From: Phoronis australis
Taxonomy: Eukaryota > Animalia > Phoronida
NCBI GenBank assembly: GCA_002633005.1
Contig: NMRA01000064.1
Location: forward strand, 1,046,420 to 1,110,419
Direction of reading: 5' to 3'
Length of the DNA stretch: 64,000 nt
Below, piece by piece: positions 49,447-62,127 of the stretch; the first letter of the stretch is position 1, and every line of letters begins with the position of its first letter. The position numbers and the translations under genes are program-made. The notes beneath the pieces are model-generated. The model had not been told where the DNA came from. It worked only from the letters and a program-made list of their open reading frames with translations, and made no database searches.

Positions 49447-50516
49447 CCCCAGTAAATAACTTTTACCTCGCGCTGTGGAATTTGGTATTTCATCTACAGT
49501 GCTCTTGTGGTTTTTCAATGCATTGTGGGACGTTTGTCGTAGACATAATAGATAAGTAGTGGATGTGCTAACAGATTCATAGTTTGGATTTTAGTTAGAC
49601 TCCAGCGTGATCGGATGGCACGTTTTTCGAAAATCTTTCATGCAAAATATTTTTTGATCCATGATGCACTTTGAAGTTTGCTTTCAATCTTGTATTTTCC
49701 TATGTTTGTTACTTTATCGTACTCGTATCAAAAGCGTGTTGCAGTGGACCCATCCTTTCAATACACTTACAAGTGTTGTTTGCCCTCATATTGGTGACAC
49801 AACACTAAGTTAACTATGATGTCATCCTATGTTCATAAGTCAAGAACTGTCCCACAGTGCATTGGAAAAGCAACAACAGCCTTGTAGATGGAATCTCTAG
49901 AATTTAGTATTGGGTTGCCAAAACACAATCAATGTTAATGCAATAGGCACACCTTCCTCAACAGGTTTTGGTGTCAACATAGTCGTCATCAGCTAGAACT
50001 ACGCGTAATACATTCACCTATTGTGAAATAATCAGTCAAATTTGCTGTTTGTCTGTTTGAAATCCCTGATGTGCAAAATAAATGTTGTCTTCTAGTTGTA
50101 CTGCCTTACTTAGCATGTCCAAGAAGAGTCAGTAATGATCTTAGCTGAACATACTCAAGGTTATAGAGGATGATTAAATGATTCTTAATATTCATCCATA
50201 TACATGCCTGGTGTGGTAAGTCTGCCTTCTCCTGCTTTTTAGAAAGACCAAGCGAAATGCTTTATACTGTAGTAATACTGGTGATTACAAACACCTTAGT
50301 GACCGGTTGTTAAAGACTGAGCCTTTAAAGTGGTCTGATCATCTAGAGGCATTCAGCAAACTGTGCTTGACTTATAGTGATATAGTATTTATTGGATGTG
50401 TAATGTTGGGTGTTAGTTCCGCTGTACCAACAAGCTCTGTGTGTGTTACATGTGTGTACAGTAACTTGCGCCTATATTTACCAAATAAAGTTAACCTGGT
50501 TAACATGGTTTTCTCA

Positions 50517-51995
50517 CTTACTTGACTTATGCCTCTGGACACCTTGAGGTGCATATGGCATCTACGACTGCTCGCCATCTCGTCACTTTGAGGTGCGTAG
50601 GGCCTTTGTGACTGCTCGCCATGTGATCACCTTGTGGTGCATTGGGCCTCTATGACTGCTCGCCATCTCGTCACCTTGAGGTGCATAGGGCCTCTGTGAC
50701 TGCTCGCCATTTGATCACCTTGAGGTGCATTGGGCCTCTGTGACTGCTCGCCATCTGGTCACCTTGAGGAGCATAGGGCCTCTGTGACTGCTCGCCATCT
50801 GGTCACCTTGAGGTGCATAGGACCTATATGACTGCTCGCCATCTGGTCCTGTTGGTAGACTTTGTCTGGATCTCGTTTCATGACATGCTAATATAGAGGT
50901 GTTCAGTTGTCACAGTTCTTCTCCAATTATGCACAGGCCTGCCTCGCTTCTGCCTCCCTTGGAGATTCTAGTTAAGTGCCAGCTTGGAGGTATTTGCATT
51001 CGGCTGGCGTAGTCTTTGACCAATCCACCCGCTCCACTTCCTTCTCTTAATCTGGATCTCTATGGCTTCTTGCCTGGCTCTGTGCAAACACAGTTCTCAT
51101 TGTTTTGTTGCTCTGTTAGACAACTTGATTTGGAGGATTTGACGAAGACATCTGTTTTTGAACACTTAAGCCTTGTTGATGATGAATTTAGTAAGTGGCC
51201 TTGTCTCTGAGCTGCAAAGCAGTACGGACATGACAATTTGAGTTAAAGAGTTTGAGTTTAGTTTTCATGGAGTATGTTTTGGACTTCCAGACTGGTTTCA
51301 GCATGGCATGTGTTTAATACGGGCTTGATGTCTTCCTCTCTTCCACACTTATAGTGCTGCTAGGTGAAGGACTGGACTTTTTCTAGCTCTTTCCCGGTCA
51401 TTGAGATGTTGTCATTTTGTCCGGCGTGTATGCGCATCGTCTTAGTTTTCTCAACGTTGATTTGCAGTCCAATGTGTTTTGCTGCTTCTGAGAGTACCAG
51501 AGTCTTAAGTTAAATGTCCTGTTGTCGGTGACCTAGAGGGCAGAAGTCATCTGCATTACCGGCTCTCAAGGCGGCTCATGAATGTCCACTGTGTAGTAGT
51601 TGGTGGGCAGGAGAATGCGGTGCGTGTCGCCCAATCACCAAGAAGACCAGTAACCATCTTTGTCGTAATGTTGTTATGACGGGTAATGGCTGAATGAGTT
51701 NCAAAAAGAAGGTCACAAGTAGTTCTATTCAGTTGGAGAATTTTATGATGCCATCTTAACTGAGGCAGGCCAGCCAGTTGGCTCTCTATTGTGTTGGCAG
51801 GGAATGGGGTAATTGAAACTTGCGCTTCAGTTAACAATTCTAATTGGGTTTTGGCTTGAATTTTCAGCAGGGATAGATTCCTCATGAAGTCTAGGAAGTT
51901 GAGGAAGAGTGATGAATTCCATTCGTTGAATTGTTCAACGATGACTCTTAGGGTAGCCATCTGGTCAGTGCATGGATCGCTTGTCTTTCATTTCT
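50517..51995 (-). mobile_element. Degraded RTE-clade LINE (RT remnant to 3' tail)
   Basis: Minus-strand peptides CTDQMATLRVIVEQFNEWNSSLFLNFLDF, ADDF and C-terminal RWRAVTEALCTSR. Short (TAAG)-like tail at ~50517-50530. Confidence 0.8.
50541..50848. repeat. 44-bp tandem repeat x7 at the RTE ORF terminus
   Basis: accttgaggtgcatagggcctctgtgactgctcgccatctggtc at 50541, 50585, 50629, 50673, 50717, 50761 and 50805. Confidence 0.92.
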
Positions 51996-53958
51996 CACAG
52001 AAATCGCCGTTCTGGCAAAACGGGCAGTTGCGTAAGATATGAATTCGACCTGCAGGACAATTGAAGGGACACAACCTCTCGCTGCGTCGTCGTGTAGTTT
52101 CAAACTTTCACTGAATCCGTTTTATTTTAGTAACCGCGAGTGACCCACACGGTCTCAGGTATACATGTCGGCTTTCATTTTTTTCCCTAGGTGTATTACT
52201 GTTTGGCAACAACGTGGACGTAAGATTGCCCTAGATTGTGCATCGGCATAATTGGACTAAAAAACCTCAGTTAATCCGGCCAGAACAATTTATAGAATTC
52301 AAATTTGAAACTGTAGCATCCTTGGCTTTTTATGTTACTTTTTCTTAACGCGAGTGGATTCATTGAGGCAAATTTCATTCTGAACTGTTTGTTTAACATA
52401 GTTTTGTATTTTGGGCTTGTGTAATTAATGTCTGAACATTTTGTTTAGATAGACGTCTCATTATCTTGAGTGATTTACAATGATCACAATGAACAACAAA
52501 CTGTTTACGGTCATAAATGTTCCCTGCTGAGAAATAATTACGTCGTTAGTTTTACAAACAATTTTCGTATCGTGATCTGTAAATATTTTTTCTAGTCCAG
52601 GTTGCAAAAAATCTTGTCTTTTCCCCATTTTCATCCCATATTGCTTTGTTTCTGACATTCGCGCCCTCTGTTGTTCAGTTTTTGTAAAGACTTAGTTTTT
52701 TTTCATCTTTAGCACCGCCGAATTCTTGGCGACGGGTGTGTAACTTTTATATCGTTTTCTAAAAAAAGTTCTTCGTTGTACGCTTTCTTTCGTTATATGT
52801 ACGCTATGTAGGGACCAACGGTCGATTTGTTAGTGAGCACTGCGTTTCAAAAAAAGCTGGTCAGATATTTGAAAGTGAATACTGACCGCAGGATTCCTGT
52901 CGATGTTGTCTATCTGATAAGGCATAGTCCTTCCTGTGTCTACATCGTAACCTGTCATATCTTTATCTCTGGGTGGCATGGAGATTGGAGAGCGGGCCCT
53001 GGTTAATATTTTGCGATTAACTGTCAAGAACATAATTTTGGACCATATTCCAATCACCATGACTACTGAATATATATGTACTGTTGAGCAAGAATTTTTG
53101 TAAAAATCTGGACTATGTTTACTAAGCTATTTTTTCTAGGACCGTGTAGATTCACTTATGTGAGATATTTTCAAAATGCATTTCATGGCTAAAATGATCC
53201 GTCTTGATCACGTTTCCCCCTAATAACTTCATACTCGAACTTGCCTGTTGTCTATCAATGCTTACACCTCTCGAATTTGAGGTGCCGCAGCCTAAAAAGC
53301 AATCGAATCCCAGCAAACCTGTTATCATTTAAAAAGCATTTTTGTGTGTCGAGTTTTTTTACGAGTCGAAATCAAATACGTCCACTCTTTTGTAGTAGTA
53401 TTAGCGCTCTACAGTTGAAAAAATGAGCTACTAAACAACTGGTACATGTAAGTGTCTGGCCATGTGCTACTTACTCCACGGTTAACGAAGCACGCTTACC
53501 ACATATTCAGGTTGCAACCAGTGATGGAATCGTCTCACCTGATAATCAATTGTTTGTGTTGCATCCCAACACAGCAAACTAGCACATTCATAAACGAGCC
53601 CTTACAACGGCAGGTCAGTACACGGTCTCCAATATTGGTCAGTAATGGTTGTCTGTTGGAGCGCAGTGATCTGAAATTTCACTTGATAACTCTGCCATTC
53701 GCCTTAGAACTGTCGACTTTAAGGTGATTTTGTCTCCATTTTTGGTGACAATGGTGGTGATGTTGACAAAGAAACATAATGAGTGTGTACTGTGTTGTTA
53801 AATAAGTTTAGAATATTAACAACGGAAAATTCTATACGACTGTGCTCATTGCGTGTTCAGTGGTGCCAGTTGACAATGGACGGCAATTGGTATAATGAAA
53901 AGTCTCAGACATCAACCTTTTGACTAGGCACTATTCCACCATCAACATCGAACATAGA

Positions 53959-55841
53959 CAGCCGATTTCATAAAAGTGGTTTAAAGTTAAACCTGGTTTA
54001 TACTGGACTTAGACCAGATTTGTGGTTTAACTTTTAGACCAGTGGTTTAGTAAAACCTGATTTAACTCCAGTTTAGACCTGGACCCGGTCTCTAATCTTT
54101 GTACTCGAAACGAGCTCGAAACTATTTTTGGCAATTTCTCTGCTCCTTTTGTGCGAACTTAAGATAATTGGTTATCAGACTGTGCTCGAATACATTATAG
54201 TTTATGCATAGGAGTTTCTAGTTCAAGTTTGCCCTTGAAGACCCTTATATTCGTGCTACAAACTCGAGTAAAAACTCGAAATTTCGAGTTCAAACTCGAA
54301 CTTATTGCTTTAATATTGGGTTTACAAACTGTGAACTAAGGGCAATTAATTATCTATGTAAGTTATTGTGTACTCGAGCATAGAATAATAAACACTTATC
54401 TTGAGTTCGCCCAAAAGTAGAGTAGAAAATGCTAAACCTAATTTCGAGTTCCATTTCGAGTAAAAAGATTGGAGACTGGGCCGTGGTCTAAGTCAGTTTT
54501 TATTTCACCAACGAGGTAAATATTATATTAAGATCTCAAACCAGGTTAACTTCAGACTTGGTCAGAACCAGGTTTAATACTATTAAATATTGCAGACTTG
54601 TACGATATAGGTGAAACTGGATGATGGTGGTTTGTGCATTTACGACGCAGTTTTAGGGCGAGAACGGATTATTTTCAATATTCAGTTTTAGGACGACACA
54701 AGATATCAAACGTAAAAGGGAGAGAATAAGAAATTTTGAAGGGGAGGGGGTCGGATCAAGGATTTTTAAAAGGAGGGCCTGGGTCAACAATCTGAAAATT
54801 ATAGATTTGATATCACTAAAATCAAGAGAAAAGGGGGTCCGGACCCCTTGAACCCCTGGATCCGCCTATACGTGGACCAGTACGTACTGAAGGATGTCCT
54901 TCGGATTCCTCAGAAAATGACGGTTCGAGCAGAGCGTCATCGTCGCAAGCGCTACGTGTTTGACTAAAAAGGCATCTAATGATTATTCTAGCTGAGTTCC
55001 ATCTCAATTGGTCCCCGATTTAAGGTTACCGAGCAGGGGTCCTGTCCCAGTGGCGGATTTAGAAGGAGACCACGGGGGCCATGACCCCCCTAAAATTCTC
55101 CCAAATTCCAGTTGGCAGTTCGGGGGTGCTAATGTCTGACGGGCAAAATCCTGGCTAATACTCTGCCCTGTCTCCCCTAACTCTAAACCCTGGATCTGCC
55201 CCTGTGCACCTTTTGGACCCAAAAAAGGAAAATGACATGCAAATGGACGTGTGTATTTATAATGTTGCGGTTAATCGTGAACAAGTACTTTAATGTGTGT
55301 AGTTGTGTTGGACACAGACAATACAAAATGAAAAATCTCATGATATCCTAGATCTGCTACTGGGTCCCTAGCCGCTTTTCTTTGCAATTTTTCACTGATG
55401 AAATTTTCTTTCTGGCCTTTATCCTGGATCAATATCTCTCCAAGCTTGCTGCTTACGTTGACTTGATTTGGCACCAATTTTCTTGTTCTCGACTATGACA
55501 TTGACTTTTTCTTTGAGATATGGGAAGGAACATTTTTCCTCTTCAGAAAAGCTTTTAGCCTTTTTTGCAAATGTCTGCACTGATTCTACTGCTGTTTGCC
55601 ATTGTGAACCCACGTGATCAAGTTTTCATTGAAGCACTTCCATAGTTTCTTTGTTGGGTTAATCCGGATCAACACAGTAGGGTGGCTGGATACTTTAAAC
55701 CTAGTTTTACTAAACCCGCTACATGGTCTGACAAAACCAGGCTTTCAGATTTTTAAACCATGCTGGTGAAATGCAAGTTTAGGAAGACCATGTTTAAGTC
55801 TTTTTCCTGGTTTTGTTAAACCACCGTTATGAAATCGGCTG
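53959..55841 (-). mobile_element. Harbinger derivative copy 2 (3-bp TSD AGA) with nested MITEs
   Basis: aga|CAGCCGATTTCATAA...TTATGAAATCGGCTG|aga. Myb/SANT-like remnant in ORF 55419-55613(-). Nested MITEs at 54082-54482 and ~55048-55204. Confidence 0.85.
54082..54482. mobile_element. MITE nested in the Harbinger derivative
   Basis: ctg|GACCCGGTCTCTAATCTTT...AAAGATTGGAGACTGGGCC|gtg. It interrupts the gacctggtctaag site, which is uninterrupted in copy 1. Confidence 0.75.
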
Positions 55842-56862
55842 AGATTGTCTACCTATGGCGACGGGACCCGCATCCTGAACTTTGGAATTTCATTTGCAAT
55901 CTGTGCCTCACACAAGTCCAAAAGCATACAGAGTCGATTAAAAACTAGCCAACTGCTAACGGTCAACATCAGCATTGAAAGTTACTGTCAAGATGGAAGT
56001 GGGGTGTGACGATTATTGCCGCCGGACATCAAGTCGTCTATGACCCTTTGTGCGACAAGTAATTTGTGGATAATGAGAATTATGACAATGTTATAATGAA
56101 AGTGATGATGATTAACTTAATTAAGAAGCATTAGATAAGTACGTTATTCTTATTTGGGCTCAGATATCAACCCTTTATGAAGCTCCAGAATGTTAAAATA
56201 TTGTTCATATGAGAGTCACAGTTCTTCGGCCAACAGCTGGCGCAGCTAAACTATTTATTTTTTACTTTTTTAACACATTTGTCCGATCAATCTATTTCAT
56301 TATATGTCTCACTTTCCTTGTCTAGTAACTTCAAATGAACAAAGCCAAATCAATGTACAATTCATAGCTCTGGACGGACCCCACTTTTTAGTAAAAGGTT
56401 CACATTTACAAAAATTCGAGCTTACCTATTGTTTAGGCTAGGTGCACGCATGGGAGACTTTACAGTACAGCAATTCACTTAATTTGCAATAGGGAAAAAG
56501 ACACACCCGGAAATGCAACAGGTGCGCGGTCTCATAGTACAATCAGTACCAGAAAGATGTTTGGTAGCTCCTGAGCTTGGCAGTGAGTTCAAATACAGCC
56601 ATACAAGACAGCGTCACCAATCACGCCAGAAACAGGTGTGCAACTTACATTTCGATTTATTTGGCCATTTAAATGACTTGCAAGTTTCAAATTTTGTCAC
56701 CTTCATTGAATTACCCCAGTCTTTGTAACATGTCTGACCCCCGTACGTCCAACAACTTTGTATTCTGATCTGCATTAAATACAGTGGGGCGTTTTGGGTA
56801 AAATTTGTCAAAGATATCTTTGAAATCAGTATGGTTCGGTAGTAGCCCTTCGTTAACACAAT

Positions 56863-57795
56863 CTTCGTTGAAAACACGACTAGACTTTTTGTTTGAAAGC
56901 TTGATACTGAGTCGCTCGTAGTTGATTAGTTATTCCATGTAACAGACACCCGACCCACATTACAAATATATAATACATTGAGAGTACAAGATTTTTCAAG
57001 TCTAAATTAATTCATATCTAGGAACTCATTTCTACGTTTCTCCGCATTAATTAAACATCTAGCAACTTTTATCAGGACAGTTAAATCACGAGTCTGTAAA
57101 AAAATCTGAGGGCTGTTCCAGTAAAATCTGTATGGGAGGGGGGGAGGCACCTTTTTTTCGCACCCACCACCCATATTTTTCATTTATTTCTTCAGCCTAC
57201 CACCCGTAATTTTTTATAAGTTTGAAATGCGACCACCCGTAATTCTTTTTTGTTCTTGTCTTTGACTGCACAGGCGCTTGAGTTTATCTGTTCCTCCATC
57301 ACCACTAACGTCATTCATTACTAAGAAAACATGTTTCTTATATATGGTTATTAGCCATCGAGAAATTTGAGCACCTGTGGTTCAATGGTGTTATGGGCAT
57401 GCGGATGAGGAGATCGGAGGGAGTGAAAAAGTTGGAGCTTTTTGCAAGTTGCATTTTTGTTTCAGTTTTTGATTCTGTGCGGATTGTTTATAAAATTTAC
57501 TAAAATTACCCACCATCAAACATTTATGGCCCAATGAAACAACAACGACCTGTAAATTTTTATTTTTTTGAAATACGACCACCAGCCATTTTGAATTTAA
57601 ATCAAACGCAACCACCCATAAATTTTTATTTCAGTTGCCTTCCCCCCCTCCCACACAGATTTTGCTGGAACAGCCCTGAGCACCATCACTTCCACTTTAT
57701 CATTAATGTCACGTTAAGAAATGAGATTGTTTCGACACTACGAGCGACTCAGTAAGCAGCTTTCAAACAAAAAGTTTAGACGTGTTTTCAACGAA
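56863..57795. mobile_element. Inverted-repeat element interrupted by a Harbinger-type MITE
   Basis: ttcgttgaaaacacgactagactttttgtttgaaagc...tactgagtcgctcgtagt is the reverse complement of actacgagcgactcagta...gctttcaaacaaaaagtttagacgtgttttcaacgaa. Confidence 0.6.
57110..57676. mobile_element. PIF/Harbinger-type MITE, TSD TGA
   Basis: tga|GGGCTGTTCCAGTAAAATCTGTATGGGAGGGGG...CCCCCTCCCACACAGATTTTGCTGGAACAGCCC|tga, with accaccc subterminal repeats. Confidence 0.85.
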
Positions 57796-58890
57796 AAGAT
57801 ATCTTTGTGAACATAATGAGCTTTTCTGTATCCCATACAATCATTTCTGGCAATATGATTGGGCGTTTGGCGGATAGGCCACCCTTTTCTGAGGCCTTGA
57901 CTTCTGCTGATGTTTTTTATTTATGATCGCATCCATTTTCTTGGCAAGTGACGAAACAATGGTGTATGTACTATATCAGTCGCTCCCTATGTTTCACTCG
58001 TTCCAAAAACTGAAAAACAACTCCACCGGGCTTGCTGCATGTCGTCCTAATCCACACTAGTTCGGTAGCTTCCTTGCATAATTTTCAATTCACTCTCAAG
58101 AGCTTTTAATCATATCGTAATTCTTCAGTCATGTTTTCTTCCAACTGAAGCTCCAGTCCTTTGTAAATCTTCGCTCTAGCATGTCGCAGAGTAGTCCATT
58201 GAACAAAGTATTTCTGATGCCATTTTCAGACTTACAGACTTTTTTACTTGCATACCAATTACTGCCAAGTAAAACAGTAATAGGACCGACATATAAATAT
58301 GACACCCACGAGCCGTTTGCATTTCGTAAATCACTTTCCTTACCATTGGCAAACGGAGAAAAGAAACGGAGACAAGTGACTTCCTTGTCGCACATCCATC
58401 AGTTACGTAACCGCTCGTATTCAACAAGAGACGTTACATTCATACATACTGTTCTGAATGTTATACATTTTAACACGTATTCTGAAACATGCCATTATAA
58501 TCTTAATACCCTGTCATCTGACACAATCGAACTCTTTCCAAGAGGCGACAAAAAGACAGCAGAAGTGGTCCAAAGATATTTGTTACAAGCATATGACTTC
58601 CTAAAACTCCGCAGATGGTAATGTAGTACCCTCAATTCTAAAATGTCTTGGTCTGTTTACGTCAACTTTTAGCCTATTGACATTGGCAAGACGTTTCGAT
58701 CGGTCATTTCTCCTGCCATTACCAGGTGTTACAGCGTATACGGTACATGTTGGGCTCCTCACTCTCGACAATTGGCCATTATGACTCCAATGTAACTTCA
58801 TTGGGAATTTGCTTAATACTTTTGTCTTCCTTATTGATATGGAGGGCTTGCCAGTTGTCGGGTTGGCTGTTTCAGTGCTAGGACTGTCGG

Positions 58891-61800
58891 TTAGTCGGAT
58901 ACATCGAGTAGTAGCCACCTGTACAGTTGCTTAGGGCGGTGGACCAACACATTGTATTTTGCATTGCTAATTCCAGTGTTGTTAAGATCTGTTTCCATTA
59001 ATGTCCACCTGTAAAGTGATGAAAAATATCTCAATGAAATTTTATCTTCGTTTTCTCAAATTATTTTGAAACAGACATAGAAATAATAAGCATTCAATCC
59101 GTGTGCAATTTTCAAGAAGAATGCAGATTTCTCTGACCGCTAGGACTCACAAATCGCCCGTTTCCTTTATAATCGATTTTAGACTTACTTGGGGGTATTT
59201 TACAGGAAATGCCATCGCTCACCTGTCACTGTTCTTAGGATTGCCCTCATCTGAAGAGTGTTCTAACATATGATATTTCGCCAGACCCCACGGAGGAGAT
59301 TCCACAGTGATATTTTGTTGAGCAATCCTAAAAATATAATAACGTCAGATTGTAACCTGTTAAGGCCATCGTTGATTGATGCTCAGGAAAAGTGCATTTA
59401 GAACGCGTATGTATACCTTGGCGCAGTTCCACTCGTTGAGACCATTTTCTATATCAAGTGTTTCTCTAAAGGCGCCAGGGTTATCACTGCTTTGCTCAAG
59501 TGAAAAATTGAAATTTGACCGCCCAAATAACGGGTATGCCGCCTTTGCACCACTGAAATTCTGAAATTCATGACCGCACATTTAAAGCCTGAATCTCTAT
59601 CCTTTGACAACGTGGTTCGTTGTTATGCAATGCAAACGATTCTCTCTCACCCGGTGTGTTTATAACACCGTCGAGACATGGCTCACACCAAAAGTAATCA
59701 AAGAGGGTTGATCAAAGATGTTGCTTGTCTATGAAAACAATGACTCCGGCTTACCTTATTTTTAATAACTTAGCCCTTAGGTCTATAGCACATGCCGTAA
59801 AGTGTAGAATGAATACCATAGAAAAATGAAATTGATCCATTGTTTTCAGGCAACTGCACAAATCAAAATATGGAAATCCACCGCTTTTGGAGGAGTTCGA
59901 TAGTCCTTCCAAACAGTGGTCGGTTCACTTCTGCATCCGCCGGTTCTTATTAGTCGCGGTGAGAAAAGGTGCGAGTCCACGTTTGGTAGTAAGTTACTAT
60001 GATACTACGATTTTGGCCTAGTTAAACAGATGTTAACAACGATTTTCTCATAAAGCTCTTTATAAAACAAAATAAATATAGATTATTACATGGCGAAGTC
60101 GTTATCCCCCGTTATCTAGAGCCCGAATGGATTTTGGAAAATTATAGCCCGAGGGGCGTCAGCCCCGCGGATGATAATTCGCCCTGGTTCAAATACTTTT
60201 GCATATCACGAATCTCGATATAATAACCACTGGTACGGTACGTTGTATAACCTATATGTATAACCCTCTTCAACCTCAAAAGGATTGGGTCAAAGTTTGA
60301 CCACCCACTGGCACTAGAAAGCCTAAACCCATGAGCGTCATCTACGCCTTGAACACTTTACACAAAAGACGATCAAGAAGCGCAATATACATGTACGCGT
60401 GCCGTGAGACAGCGAGTGAGTGCTTTCACTTGTATCACACAAGTGAGACACCAGCAGCCGATTTTATAAAATGGTTTAAAGTAAAATATGGTTTAAACTG
60501 GCTTTAGACTAGATTGTAAGATAATCTGCATTACATAAAGGCGGTTTAACTTTTAGACCAGTGGTCAAGTAAAACCTGGTTTAACTCCAGTTTAGACCTG
60601 TTCTAAGTCATTTTTCACTTCACCAACGAGGTCTATTTTCCTAAGACCTGTTTTAAGAACTTAAACCAGGTTTAATTTAAGACTTGGTCAGACCCAGGTT
60701 CAATGCAAGTACTTAAATATCAGATGGCAGACTTTCACGATATAGGTGCAACCACGAAGAGATAACCAGGTTATCTTTTCCTGGTGCAACTGAATGATGC
60801 GGCGGTGTACATTTACGACCCAGTTTTAGAGCGAGAACGGACTATTTTAAGTTTTCAGTTTTAGAACGACAAAAGCTGAAATGTGGCAGGGGCAGATCCA
60901 GAATTTTTAAAGGGAGTGGGTCAGATGAAGGATTTTTTAAAAGGGAGTGTAAGTCAACAATTTAAAAATTGTAGATTTGATATCACTAAAACCAAGGAAA
61001 AATGGTGGCTCCGGACCCCTGGACCCTCCTCTGCCTAGACCAGTACGTGTTGCAGGGTGTCCTTCGGATTCCTCAGAATACGACTAGTCGTCATCATTGT
61101 AAGCGCTACGGGGTTGACTGAAGGCGGCATTTTCTGATACTTCAGATTGAGTTCCACCTCGATTGGTCCCCGATTTAAGGTTGACGAGAAGGGGTCCTTC
61201 CCCCCTCCCCGTTTGGCCGCAAAAACGAACACTAAAATGACACGAAAATAACTGAATTTGGGCATTTGTTGCAGCCAATCGTGATCATGTGCTTTAATGT
61301 GTGTAGGTGTGTGGGCATCATCATATCCTATATCTGGCACTGGGTCCCTCACCGTTTTTCTTCGCAATTTTTCAGTGATTAAATTTTCTTTCTGGTCTTC
61401 ATTTTCTAGTGATACCCTTCAATTGTTTGCCACTGCATTTCTCTGATTTTGGAAACTGTGCAGCCAGTCTGGGCCAATATCTCTCCAAGTCTGCTGCTAA
61501 CGTTGACTTGATTTGGCACCAGTTTTTGTGTGGGTGTTTTCTATAACATTGACTTTTTCTCTGATCAGTTCTGGCAGGGATTATTTTTCCTCATGAGAAA
61601 AGCTTTTAGACCTTTTTTGCAAATGTCTGCACTGATACTGCTGTGTGCCACTGTATACCCACGTGATCAAGGTTTAGTTGAAACACTACTATAGTTTCTT
61701 TTTCGGGTTAATCCAGATCGACGCAGTAGGGTGGCTTGGGTATTTTAAACCTGGTTTTACTAAACCCGCTGCCTGGTCTAACAAAACCAGGCTTTCAGAC

Positions 61801-62127
61801 TTTTGAACCACGTTGGTGAAATGCAAGTTGGGTCTAAAACTGGATCAGGTTTAGGAAGACCAGGTTTAAGTCTTCTGTTAAACCACCTTGATGAAATCGG
61901 CTGCAGGGGACAGGGCGAGGATTGGTTGAAATAATTCACTATCTTTTGAACTATCATATTTCATGAGTTCATTTTAGACACGAAATACATCCTTAATAAC
62001 TAACCTTCTATACATGTTGTCGTCCTCGCCACCCCAGCCCCACATTGAGTTAGGAAATCCATTCACTCGTGTGTACGTTTCTTTGCTGAATACTGTTACC
62101 CCGCCTATAAAGGCATCCCAGATTGGC
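58891..62127 (-). CDS. GT7 beta-1,4-galactosyltransferase / beta-1,4-GalNAc-transferase family, 3' exons only (62005-62127, 59223-59327, 58891-59008)
   Basis: Spliced reading: RPIWDAFIGGVTVFSKETYTRVNGFPNSMWGWGGEDDNMYRR|IAQQNITVESPPWGLAKYHMLEHSSDEGNPKNSDR|WTLMETDLNNTGISNAKYNVLVHRPKQLYRWLLLDVSD*. Contains the WGWGGEDD and MxxH motifs; phase-2 GT-AG introns. Upstream exons (DxD motif) were not found in the window. Confidence 0.85.
60455..61903 (-). mobile_element. Harbinger derivative copy 3 (3-bp TSD CAG)
   Basis: cag|CAGCCGATTTTATAA...GATGAAATCGGCTG|cag. Homologous to copies 1 and 2 but lacks one nested MITE. Confidence 0.85.

Noticed and set aside
58129-58621. ORFs of 83-146 aa as a possible last GT7 exon or separate gene
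   Set aside because: The true terminal exon is 58891-59008. These ORFs have no motifs and probably lie in the 3' UTR or intergenic DNA.
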